64,000 bases of DNA from Dehalococcoidia bacterium. GTDB taxonomy: Bacteria; Chloroflexota; Dehalococcoidia; Lucifugimonadales; VXLM01. Positions 49,644-58,793 of this stretch are shown here, one piece after another. Each line of letters begins with the position of its first letter. Positions within the stretch are counted from its first letter, which is position 1. The notes under the pieces were generated by a model, which saw only the letters and a list, made by a program, of their open reading frames with translations, had not been told where the DNA came from and made no database searches. Where the stretch lies: NCBI GenBank assembly GCA_963662435.1, contig OY759598.1:1086507-1150506 (forward strand). Reading direction: 5' to 3'. The position numbers were made by a program, and so were the translations under genes.

Positions 49644-49653
49644 ATGATAGCAT
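49644..49653. promoter_or_regulatory. Overlapping divergent extended -10 elements (minus TGcTATCAT toward typA; plus TGaTAGCAT toward the structured element)
   Basis: ATGATAGCAT reads as TGn-TAnnnT on both strands, ~20 nt upstream of the typA start. Confidence 0.4.
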
Positions 49654-49709
49654 TGAGGCGGATAGCCGGAATATGAATATGAGTACCCGCTTACCTGCCG
49701 CCTGATCCT

Positions 49710-50016
49710 TGAGGGTTCCGGACAACGCCGATGGAGGAGCGACTCTAACGCTGTCTTATGGAGTCGCAGTACTGTTAGACATTCAGCCACCAGTTTGATT
49801 CCCGCTCGGGAATCTGTCGTGGTGGGTACGCATCACGACAGAGCCAATGAACCCGAGATTCGGCGGCAGCTTGTCACGGATAGAACTTCGTACACTGTTT
49901 CCTATCCGGTTGTTGATCCATACGAATCGATTCAGAGAGTCGATAAGTAAAGCGGGAATAGCAACCGGATTCAGCAAGAGTGCGACTCAGTGCAAGTGAT
50001 TTCACGGGAACCCTCA
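49710..50016. ncRNA. Candidate structured non-coding RNA or MITE-like element of unknown family
   Basis: 10-bp closing IR TGAGGGTTCC/GGAACCCTCA enclosing several 7-12 bp stems; no credible ORF. Confidence 0.4.
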
Positions 50017-50065
50017 CTCCGTTATTACATGCCATGTAATTGAAGCACGTGTCGAGTAACATGCC

Positions 50066-50302
50066 TTAAGGAGTATCGACTCTTGCTGGTAGGGCCTCCC
50101 ATCCCATGAAGGACATCGTCCAGCGTCCCGTGTGATGATCCGCCCGTGTAGGCATGGTCGGGAGTCCGGCGGAGTAGTGAGCGTCGAACTTGACAGAGCC
50201 GGCTGCCAGGGCGTCAAGGGAAGGCGTCCTAATCGTAGGATTGCCATATGCGCCCAAATGGTCCCTACGGAAGGTGTCTGCAACAATCCAGATGACGTTC
50301 AT
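50066..50302 (-). pseudogene. N-terminal fragment of a sulfatase-like gene
   Basis: MNVIWIVADTFRRDHLGAYGN..IRTPSLDALA...TMPTRA..TGR; premature stop after 78 aa. Confidence 0.85.
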
Positions 50303-51127
50303 CTACGTAATCGCCTTCTGCAATGTGTCACGATTGCGGCAAATCCACGCTGCGGCTCGGGCCCGCCAAGAAATCGCCCAGATGATGGGGAAGCCGTTAG
50401 GCATCGGATCGACCATGTCGGGCGTGACTCCAAACTCGTCAGCCTGTTCGGCGGCGTCTTGGATGGCGTATCGGATAATCGAATCAACGAAGCCGTGTCG
50501 CTGAGCGGACGAAAGTCCATAGGCGTCAACGATAGCGTTAAGCTGGCGGGCACGGAACTCCAGGGATGGCAACCCTTCCCTTTCTGCGACGTCGTCGTCA
50601 AATAACTTCGCGTTGAGCCAGCAGGCTTGGGCGAGTTCAGTCATGGGATCGACCGGGCCGGCGGTTTCCCAGTCGATCAGCGCCACCGGAAACCCGCCCC
50701 GAGCTACGATATTCCACGCCGCGACGTCGCAATGCCCGATGATCCTGTTTGGTCCACCAAGATCCCGACCGAACCAGGGTGGCCAAATTCCGTCAGGGGG
50801 CGGTCGGTAAGATGCGGTCGCCTCGTGTAGTTCCCGTAGTAGGTGACCTACTCCTGCCGCGCCCTCTATTGTCCACGGGCCCGGGTGCGTAAATTCGCCC
50901 TCGATATAGCTAAGCGTCTCCCGTCCATCAGGAGAGAATCCCAAGCCTACGACACGTGGAGCGCCTGAGAATCCGACCTCTTCCAGGTGGCGCAGAAGCG
51001 AGTGCACGGTAGGCGTCCAAGGGCGTGCGGGCCGCAGGACGACGTTGCCCCGGCGCTGCACCCCAGTACTCCCCGCACCCCGATCCCTAAGTACTGTCTC
51101 TTTGTCAGCTTCGGCCATGGCAATCAT
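50303..51127 (-). CDS. Aminoglycoside phosphotransferase/kinase-like protein (APH family)
   Basis: LLRHLEEVGFSGAPR, IGHCDVAAWN (Brenner motif), LIDWETAGP. Confidence 0.85.
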   Translation of the reverse strand: MIAMAEADKETVLRDRGAGSTGVQRRGNVVLRPARPWTPTVHSLLRHLEEVGFSGAPRVVGLGFSPDGRETLSYIEGEFTHPGPWTIEGAAGVGHLLRELHEATASYRPPPDGIWPPWFGRDLGGPNRIIGHCDVAAWNIVARGGFPVALIDWETAGPVDPMTELAQACWLNAKLFDDDVAEREGLPSLEFRARQLNAIVDAYGLSSAQRHGFVDSIIRYAIQDAAEQADEFGVTPDMVDPMPNGFPIIWAISWRARAAAWICRNRDTLQKAIT

Positions 51128-51465
51128 TCTCTGGGTGGGCAACGAAGATCGTCAAGTCTGGCAGCAACGAATGTCCACTTGCTGAGTATTTCGTGACTCA
51201 GTAGAAACGGCCGGTAGAGGGCCCTCGTCGAACTCTCTACATGGGGTGCATAGCTCTACTTGCCACCGCAAGGTCCCCAAACGATAACACGAAACCACCG
51301 TTTTCTTCCTGACAGTAGAGAGCTGTCACCCGAAGGGGTGGAAAGAGAGTCTGTTTACAGGATCAGAACCTACTTCAGTGGGAAAGCTCTCGATTCTGTT
51401 CAGTTGGGTGTACCGCCACTATTGTCAAAATGGTTCTGCCTACAGTAAGGAGTTGCCAGAAAAAG

Positions 51466-51539
<74 letters not shown>

Positions 51540-51730
51540 ACACAAGTACGCGGCAGAAGTTGTACTGCCGCGCTTTCCATTGTAGCGACGGCAGCTTCAG
51601 AGCGTCAAGGAGATTTACCTCCGTGGAATTGGCCTGGAAGGGTCGTGATCCGAGTCCATCGGATTCGCGACTATGTTGTGGGTTGTACTCTGGTAGAATT
51701 CCCTGCACCAATTCGCAGAGGCGGACGACG

Positions 51731-53473
51731 ATGACCATTCACCGCTGGCATGTGGCTGCCATGGCTGTGCCGTTGCTTGGACTGTTTTCCTGTGGTGGCA
51801 CCGACACGGTTCCTCCAACCGCAGAGCCGGTATTGAGCTCCCCTACCCCATTGGCAGCGACATCTGTTCCGGCAACTGAGGTCCCGGCGGAGACACCTAA
51901 TTCTGTTCCTCTTGCTGGGGCATTTGCAGACGTGACTGATTCCTCCGGGATCAGCTTCGTGCATCGTGAGTTGCCTGGGAGGATGATGCCCATCGGTGCG
52001 GGAGTCGTGGTGTTTGACTTCAATGGCGATGGGCGAGACGACATTTATTTTTCCAATACGAACGGCGCGAACCATCTGTACGACAACCTTGGCGACGGGT
52101 CCTTCAAGGAAGTGGGAGCAGCGGCGGGAGTCGACGATGCCGGTGGCGAGGGCAACGGCGGGTGTGCTGCCGACTTTGACAATGACGGCGACATCGACCT
52201 GTACGTGACGAACTTCGGACCGAGCCGGCTGTTCGACAACAGGGGGGATGGCTCGTTCGAGGACATCACGGAGGGATCGGGGCTGGACGACGGCAAGCTT
52301 ATCCTGCGTTCCACGGGATGTGCGTGGGGCGACTACGACGGGGACGGTTTCGCCGATCTCGTCGTAACACGGCACCTGAACGAGTTTAACCCCGAACTGC
52401 TCATGAAGAAGGACTTTTACTCGTCGGTAGGCGGGATGTCGCTATTCCACAACTTGGACGGAACGGGGTTCGAGGAGACAACCTCACTCCTGGGTGATAC
52501 GTCGGGGCCTGTGTCCGGCCTGGACGTGCTGTTCGGGAACATTTGGGGGGCGGGATTCCAGCCTTCGTGGCTGGACTACGACGACGACGGGGACGTCGAC
52601 CTGCTTGTGATCAACGACTTTGGGCAGGACATTCAGCCGAACGTGCTGTGGCGCAACGACGGAGCGGACGGCAGCGGCGGCTGGACGTTCACCGACGTTT
52701 CGATTGCCACGGGCATCGACGTGCCGATGTATGGGATGGGCCTCGCCGTGGGAGACCCGAACGGCGATGGTCTTGTAGATCTGTTTGTCACGAATATCAA
52801 GAACAACGTGCTGTTCTCGCGGGAGGCGACCACTCCCACCTTCCACGACATTGCAGGGGAATCCAAGGCGACGGTCGGGATGATAGAGAATCTCCTCCGA
52901 GTCGCATGGGGGACGATGTTCTTCGACTTCGACAACGACTCGGACGAGGACCTGTATGTCGTGAGCGGGTATCTGGGCGGCGATCCCGACGTGATACCGG
53001 CTAACCCGCTTGAACAGCCGAACGTGCTTTTGCGGAACGATGGCGCCGGAACGTTCGAGGACGTATCCGACGGGTCGGGAGCGGACGATCCGGGTGTGGG
53101 ACGTGGCAGCGCTTACCTTGACTACGACGGGGATGGATGTCTGGACGTGGTGGTGGGGAACTTCGGGCAGGAGGCACGGCTGTTCAGGAATGAGTGCGCG
53201 GAGGGGAACCACTGGCTAAGGGTTCACCTTCGGGGCGGTGCGAGCGGGACCGACGGTCTCGGGGCCAAGGTCGAGGTGACGGCGGGTGGCAAGACGCAGG
53301 TGCGCAAGGTCGTAGGCGGAGGGAGTTTCATGGGTCAGAACATGCTCGATGCCCACTTCGGGCTGGGAGAGGCGGAAGCGGCGGATTCTGTGACGGTGTT
53401 CTGGCCGAGCGGGGAGATGGAGCAGCGCCTGAATGCCGATGCTGATCGGACGATCACGTTTGTGGAGCCGTAG
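51731..53473 (+). CDS. CRTAC1-family lipoprotein (FG-GAP/VCBS repeats plus ASPIC-UnbV domain)
   Basis: Lipobox-like LFSC; repeated DFNGDG/DYDGDG motifs; NHWLRVHLRG...GAKVEV...HFGLG...WPSG. Confidence 0.9.
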   Translation: MTIHRWHVAAMAVPLLGLFSCGGTDTVPPTAEPVLSSPTPLAATSVPATEVPAETPNSVPLAGAFADVTDSSGISFVHRELPGRMMPIGAGVVVFDFNGDGRDDIYFSNTNGANHLYDNLGDGSFKEVGAAAGVDDAGGEGNGGCAADFDNDGDIDLYVTNFGPSRLFDNRGDGSFEDITEGSGLDDGKLILRSTGCAWGDYDGDGFADLVVTRHLNEFNPELLMKKDFYSSVGGMSLFHNLDGTGFEETTSLLGDTSGPVSGLDVLFGNIWGAGFQPSWLDYDDDGDVDLLVINDFGQDIQPNVLWRNDGADGSGGWTFTDVSIATGIDVPMYGMGLAVGDPNGDGLVDLFVTNIKNNVLFSREATTPTFHDIAGESKATVGMIENLLRVAWGTMFFDFDNDSDEDLYVVSGYLGGDPDVIPANPLEQPNVLLRNDGAGTFEDVSDGSGADDPGVGRGSAYLDYDGDGCLDVVVGNFGQEARLFRNECAEGNHWLRVHLRGGASGTDGLGAKVEVTAGGKTQVRKVVGGGSFMGQNMLDAHFGLGEAEAADSVTVFWPSGEMEQRLNADADRTITFVEP

Positions 53474-53506
53474 CCAGCATACCGGCTGATGGGAGGATGA
53501 GGGGGT

Positions 53507-54271
53507 ATGGGGAAGATTGAGTTTGTCGGTGTGGACGGGTGTCGGTCGGGGTGGTTCAGCGTGGGCTTCGACTCCCATTGTGGCTATGAACTTAAGGTGT
53601 TTCCGGCGTTCAGCGAGTTGATCGACTACTATCGCGACGCCAAACTCGTGTTGGTTGACATTCCAATTGGGCTGATGGAGGGACCGGGTGGGCGAGAGTG
53701 TGATCAGGAGGCTCGGGATAGACTCCGTCCTCTTCGTAGTTCAAGTGTATTTACGGCACCGACGCGGCAGACGGTTGAGCAGGCAGCGAGCTCTCCGGGG
53801 AATTACGACTGGGCCAAGACGGTCGAGCAATGTGCAACCAAGACCGAGGGCAACCCTCAAGGGAAGGGGTTAAGCAGGCAGGCGTTCGGGATTGCTCCGA
53901 AGATAGCCGAGGTTGACAGGTTACTGAGGAGCCGTGATTCGAAGGCGACTCCCTGTGTGCGAGAGGTTCATCCTGAGGTGTGCTTTTGGGCGATGAATGG
54001 TCAGAAGGCCATGAAGTCCAACAAGAAAGAGGACGAAGGTGAGGCAGAGCGGCTTCGAGTCCTCGAACGGTACGAGTCTCGGACTCGTGTCATATATGGC
54101 GAGGCCTGCCGCAGGTTTGTTGGGGGCGGTGTTGGGAAGGACGATATTCTCGATGCGCTAGTGGCCGCAGTGACTGCGCGGTGCGGTTTCGGGCGGCCGA
54201 AGACGATACCCGATTGTCCGCCGAAGGACTGCAAGGGGTTGCCGATGGAGATGGTGTACTGTGAGCCGTAG
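53507..54271 (+). CDS. DUF429-domain protein (RNase H-like fold)
   Basis: VGVDGCRSGW, VDIPIGL, RECDQEAR, EVHPEVCF, DDILDA. Confidence 0.85.
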   Translation: MGKIEFVGVDGCRSGWFSVGFDSHCGYELKVFPAFSELIDYYRDAKLVLVDIPIGLMEGPGGRECDQEARDRLRPLRSSSVFTAPTRQTVEQAASSPGNYDWAKTVEQCATKTEGNPQGKGLSRQAFGIAPKIAEVDRLLRSRDSKATPCVREVHPEVCFWAMNGQKAMKSNKKEDEGEAERLRVLERYESRTRVIYGEACRRFVGGGVGKDDILDALVAAVTARCGFGRPKTIPDCPPKDCKGLPMEMVYCEP

Positions 54272-54362
54272 GGTCACTGGATCGTAGCGTTACCAGAAAT
54301 CCGGGCAGGTCGGTCTTGGCCTCCTCTCTGCTACAATCCGCGAAACACTCTGAGAATTCGCA

Positions 54363-56207
54363 ATGAGCAAGCATCCTTTCATACTGTCGGCGACGGTGGA
54401 CTTTCCTGACGACGTTGTTCCGGGTCCGTACGATGCGCGGCTGCTTAACGAGCTGCTTGGTACCCTGAAGGGAATGGGAGTCCAGCGGGTGTACTGGCTC
54501 TATTACGGGGACGTGGATCAGGACTCCCTTTGGTCCGGCAGTCTCTACGAGAATACGCAGATTCCCTACGGGACTCAGACGCTTGAGACCATTGGCGAGC
54601 CCTTGAAGGCGGCGGTGCCGGTGGCGCACCGGCACGGGTTGGAGATCTACGGGGTGCTCAAGCCGTACAACACGGGGATGTCGGGCACGAACGGGCCATG
54701 CAGCGGGAGAAGACTGAGCGGCATCGAGCAGATCGGCGGGGCGGTGCCGCAGGTGATCCCGTTTCTTGAGCGGTATCCGCACACGCGTCTGCGGAGGAGG
54801 CCGGATACTGAAGCGGGCCATGGGGTCCCGGTTACGAGGATACGGCTGTTGAAACGGGATGCCTCCCCTACCCGCCTGCGTGCTGAGAACCTGCAACTGT
54901 GGACGAGCCCCGACAATGGGCGGTATTCCCGGCTGGACGCGCCGTTGGCGGTGACGGAGCAGGTGGAGCCGGCGCCTCGCGAGGTGAGGAACTATCATGG
55001 CGAGCTCGTAGTGGCGAAGGGGACGCCTGTGCGAACGCTGACGATCGACGGGCTGAGCATCGATGAGCGGTTTGTGGTCGTGAGCACCGATTTCACGGAC
55101 GAGTCGGCGGACTTCATCAACACGGCGTGCGGTATGGTGGAGGCGAATGGAGACGATATGGGGACTCCCCTGCCCATCGTGGTGGCGTCTCGCAGCGCGG
55201 TATGGAACGGCCCTCGTGACCTCGAAGGTAATAGTCCGGACTTCGACAGCGGTCTCGGTCATTTCGAGATACCGCTCGACGTGAACGTCTCAGCAGAGCC
55301 GGAAGAACCGTTTTGGAACCGTATGGCGGTTGGAGGACTGGTCGGTTTCGCACAAGGCAAGAACGAGTATCTGCCCGGAATGGTGTCGGAGGTGTACCCG
55401 GAGGTGCATCGTCTTTGGGACGGGTGGGTCGACAGAGTCCTGGAGACCGGCGTAGACGGCATCGACATCCGGGTGTCGTCGCACGGGAGCCTGGTGGATG
55501 AGCCGTGGGACTACGGTTTCGATGGACCGGTGGTCGAGGCGTATAGGATGAAGTACGGTACGGACCCCTGGAGCAGCGAAGACGATCTCGCAAGATTCTC
55601 CCGACTTCGGGGTGAGTATTTCACTTCGTTCATGCGGAGGACGAGCAATCGCGCGCGAAGTATGGGGAGGAAGATGCAGGCGCACATCCATACGGAGGCG
55701 TTCCGGCCGGACATCGTTCACGGCCAGATCATGGGGTTCCCGCCGAACACGCACTTCGCTTGGCAGGACTGGATGCGGGACGGTCTGCTGGATGGCATCA
55801 CCTTCCGCACCAGCTGGTTCGAGGCGTTGGAGGACATACCGGGCGAGCCTCCCGTGAGGAGCAGGCTCGCCAATGCGCTCAGGGACCCCGTGGCGGTCGA
55901 GGTACTCGAGCTGGCGTCGGAACTTGGCATACCGGCATACATGAACCGCTACATCGAACGGGCCGTGGGCGACGAGGAGTACCTGGCCGACATGGAAGCA
56001 GCCTTGATGGACGATCGGTTCGCCGGGTTCGACCTGTATGAGACCGCTTGCTACTTGCGAGCGACGTCCGACGGGTCGCGGCTGGAGTCTTACAAGGGCC
56101 GGGTTGAGATGTTGCGGGAAAAGGCGAGGGAGTTGGGGTTTCTTTCTTTAAAGAGGGACAAACTCTCACCCTCTCCCGCGACGGGAGAGGGGATCCCGGA
56201 ACGGTGA
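54363..56207 (+). CDS. Hypothetical protein, probable glycoside-hydrolase-like TIM barrel
   Basis: GVQRVYWLYY, AHRHGLEIY, GVDGIDIR, YGFDGPVVEAY, WQDWMRDGLLDGI; promoter TGCTACAAT upstream. Confidence 0.7.
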   Translation: MSKHPFILSATVDFPDDVVPGPYDARLLNELLGTLKGMGVQRVYWLYYGDVDQDSLWSGSLYENTQIPYGTQTLETIGEPLKAAVPVAHRHGLEIYGVLKPYNTGMSGTNGPCSGRRLSGIEQIGGAVPQVIPFLERYPHTRLRRRPDTEAGHGVPVTRIRLLKRDASPTRLRAENLQLWTSPDNGRYSRLDAPLAVTEQVEPAPREVRNYHGELVVAKGTPVRTLTIDGLSIDERFVVVSTDFTDESADFINTACGMVEANGDDMGTPLPIVVASRSAVWNGPRDLEGNSPDFDSGLGHFEIPLDVNVSAEPEEPFWNRMAVGGLVGFAQGKNEYLPGMVSEVYPEVHRLWDGWVDRVLETGVDGIDIRVSSHGSLVDEPWDYGFDGPVVEAYRMKYGTDPWSSEDDLARFSRLRGEYFTSFMRRTSNRARSMGRKMQAHIHTEAFRPDIVHGQIMGFPPNTHFAWQDWMRDGLLDGITFRTSWFEALEDIPGEPPVRSRLANALRDPVAVEVLELASELGIPAYMNRYIERAVGDEEYLADMEAALMDDRFAGFDLYETACYLRATSDGSRLESYKGRVEMLREKARELGFLSLKRDKLSPSPATGEGIPER

Positions 56208-56256
56208 ATAGATCATTGAACCCCCGCTCTGTATCTCTCCCCCGGCGGGGGTGAGA
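56169..56256. repeat. Two adjacent REP-like palindromes (CTCTCCC...GGGAGAG type)
   Basis: CCCTCTCCCG-CGA-CGGGAGAGGG at 56169-56191; second unit 56218-56256 is 35/39 identical to 61836-61874. Confidence 0.75.
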
Positions 56257-56310
56257 TTGGAGGATTGGCCCGCCTTGCGTTCCCTCTACCCTACCCGTAG
56301 TATGCGGCGC

Positions 56311-57117
56311 ATGGAATCGAAGCAGTATGTCCCGGAATTTTGGACGCCGATCACGATTGAGTCCAAGGGGCAGTTCGTGTCGTGCAATCTTGGCCTCGAC
56401 GAAGAGGTGGCGGAGGACGCACCGCTGTGCATCATCCCTACGCAATCGAGGGAGGTCGTCGCTGATCCGGTGAACGTTCTTGAAAAGCCGAACGTCATGA
56501 CGCACTGGCTCGATCTATTGACGGCGGCGGGAGCAAAGGTTCTCCTGATGCATGGACGGCATTTCGACAGCATGAGCGAACTGGCCGGGGGGCTGGACGC
56601 GGGTATCGACGGATTCGAATTCTGGAGGCGACGGGTTGATCTTGTGATCGACGCCGTCATCGAGCGCGGTTGGACGTCAACTGGAAAGACTGTGTTTTTG
56701 GGGAGCTCACGACATGGGTGGGGAGTGTTGTACGGCACCGCGAATAACACGCGGATAGACGCGGCGGTCGTCATAGGGCCGGTGATACAGTGGCCCTGGC
56801 TCAGGGAATTCGAGGGATTGGACGAGCACCCGCTTATCAAGAAACACGATCTCTACGACGTGATCGATCAGCTGCCGCCGCGACCTGTGCAGGTGCAGCA
56901 GGGGTATGATGACGAACGCGTTGGTCAACACCATAACGAGCGTCTGGCAGCGTTGCTGTCGGAAGCGTATGAGGCAAGGGGCGTGCCGGAGCGGCTTGCG
57001 CTTACGCCTATGGAAATACCTGGACACTCCGGGGGGCCTCCGATGCATGTAAACCGGACGGTGGTGACGTTTCTACGAGAGCAGGGGCTTTTGCCCCAAG
57101 GAGAAATCTGTGAGTGA
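56311..57117 (+). CDS. Alpha/beta-hydrolase-like protein
   Basis: FLGSSRHG elbow-like motif, PRPV..QQGYDDERV, PGH; start uncertain. Confidence 0.65.
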   Translation: MESKQYVPEFWTPITIESKGQFVSCNLGLDEEVAEDAPLCIIPTQSREVVADPVNVLEKPNVMTHWLDLLTAAGAKVLLMHGRHFDSMSELAGGLDAGIDGFEFWRRRVDLVIDAVIERGWTSTGKTVFLGSSRHGWGVLYGTANNTRIDAAVVIGPVIQWPWLREFEGLDEHPLIKKHDLYDVIDQLPPRPVQVQQGYDDERVGQHHNERLAALLSEAYEARGVPERLALTPMEIPGHSGGPPMHVNRTVVTFLREQGLLPQGEICE

Positions 57118-58630
57118 TTACGAGTTTCCGCATATTGGAACGACAAAGCAGGTGTTCATCGACCACTCGTTGATCGAGCCGGGTTACGGCGTGTCCTGGG
57201 GCGACGGGATTGAGGCGAGTTGGGAGATGCCCTATGGGGTTGCGATCCAGGCGCACAAGCCTCGCATCGACCACGAGCCGATCGTGGGTCTCGAAAAGCC
57301 CTGGGAGACGGCGTTCACGCTGCACACGACCCTCTTCGAGGACGACGGTGTGTTCAGGCTGTACTACACGGTATACGGGGGTCAAAAGGAGGTCTCGTAC
57401 GAGGAGCCGACGAGCTACATGCTTCTGTATGCGGAGTCGACGGACGGCGAGACTTGGACGAAGCCGAGGATCGGCACGGTCGATCTTGAAGGGTCGAAGG
57501 ACAACAACCTCGTATACGCGCTGAACGTTTCGATGAACCGGCCCGTACCGACGGCGACGGTGTTCAAGGACCCGAATGGGACGCCGGAAGAGCGGTACAA
57601 GATGATCCACCGGGGAGTGCAGACGGATGGGAACTACTGCGTCTACGGGGCGACATCGCCCGATGGGCTTCACTGGACGCCGATAGTTGAGCCGGTGATA
57701 CCGAATTACTTTTCCGACACACAGATCGTCGCGCGGTACAGCGAGGAGAAGGGCAAGTACGTCGGGTATTTCAGGGGATGGACGTCCCATATTCGTGGAA
57801 AGGTTCACGGGAGGCGGTTCATCGCCTACGCGGAGACGGAGGACTTCAAGAGGTGGCCGAAGCCGCGCCACATTTTTTCGCCGGACATGCACGACAACCC
57901 TGGCGCTGACATTTACACAAATGCCTACTCGCCGTGGCCTGACGCGAACGCGCACCTGATGTTCCCCGCATTCTTCGAGCGGCAGAAAGACATCACGGAG
58001 ATCAGAATGCTGACGAGCCGCAACGGGACGGACTGGCTTATACCGACGCGGGAGCCTGTTGTGCCGGTGGGGGACCCGGGAACGTCGGGGGCGATGGCGC
58101 GAGACTGGCAGTCGGGAGCGTATGCGGGGCCGGGTGTAACGTCGCTGAAGCCTGACGAGTTTTCGATACCGGTCACGCCGTCGAGCCGAACGCACAACAA
58201 CAAGAACAATCAGCCGGAGAATCTGTACCAGCAGGCGTACCCCAGCGTTACGGGTGGGTATGTCGGGTACATCTGCCGTGCGACGTGGCGAAAGGACGGG
58301 TTCACGTCGCTGGAGGCCATGTCGGAGGGTGGGTTCACGACGGCGCCCTTCACGTTTACCGGCGGCAGGTTGAAGATAAACGCATGGACACGGTTCCGCG
58401 GGGAGATCGGCATCGAGGTGCTGGACGCGACGAATCAGAGAAATACATTCGCTGGGGACGTTGTTGCGGGTCGATCTTTTGGCGATTGCGACCCGATTAC
58501 GGGTCATGAGTTGCTGAGTCATACGGTGACTTGGAAGGGCGAGGCGGACCTCTCGGAGCTTGCAGGGAGACCGGTACGACTGCGGTTTCGGATGAAGCGG
58601 GCGCGGCTTTACGCTTTGTGGTTCGAGTAA
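57110..58630 (+). CDS. Five-bladed beta-propeller glycosidase-like protein (GH32/GH43/GH130 superfamily-like)
   Basis: KQVFID, YAESTDGETWTKP, VFKDP...ERYK, SPDGLHW, SRNGTDW Asp-box-like repeats, RKDGFTS, LRFRMKRARLYA. Confidence 0.75.
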   Translation: MSDYEFPHIGTTKQVFIDHSLIEPGYGVSWGDGIEASWEMPYGVAIQAHKPRIDHEPIVGLEKPWETAFTLHTTLFEDDGVFRLYYTVYGGQKEVSYEEPTSYMLLYAESTDGETWTKPRIGTVDLEGSKDNNLVYALNVSMNRPVPTATVFKDPNGTPEERYKMIHRGVQTDGNYCVYGATSPDGLHWTPIVEPVIPNYFSDTQIVARYSEEKGKYVGYFRGWTSHIRGKVHGRRFIAYAETEDFKRWPKPRHIFSPDMHDNPGADIYTNAYSPWPDANAHLMFPAFFERQKDITEIRMLTSRNGTDWLIPTREPVVPVGDPGTSGAMARDWQSGAYAGPGVTSLKPDEFSIPVTPSSRTHNNKNNQPENLYQQAYPSVTGGYVGYICRATWRKDGFTSLEAMSEGGFTTAPFTFTGGRLKINAWTRFRGEIGIEVLDATNQRNTFAGDVVAGRSFGDCDPITGHELLSHTVTWKGEADLSELAGRPVRLRFRMKRARLYALWFE

Positions 58631-58793
58631 GGACCCCGGGTACCAAGTGCTCCTAGTTTGAGCCGCCAACGCTTGACATGCGTCTTGTCGTGCAAATAGA
58701 GTTACTTTTGAGTGGTGGAGCAAACGAGTTCCAGCAGTGTGTTCGTGTAGGTGATATGAACGTCACAACAGGTGAGAAGTAGAGGAGGACACG

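Noticed and set aside
49710..50016. Retron msr-msd interpretation of the structured element
   Set aside because: The terminal IR plus hairpins is superficially similar, but no reverse transcriptase gene is present in the window
51305..51400. Glycine-riboswitch-like words (GAGAG...CCGAAGG...CAGG)
   Set aside because: Spacing and the CTCTCAGG core do not match, and there is no downstream same-strand gene; better explained as simple hairpins 3' of tRNA-Lys
57008..58723. 571-aa minus-strand ORF (also 54090-55262 and similar long antisense ORFs)
   Set aside because: Arg/Pro-rich shadow frames opposite well-supported genes, expected in GC-rich DNA
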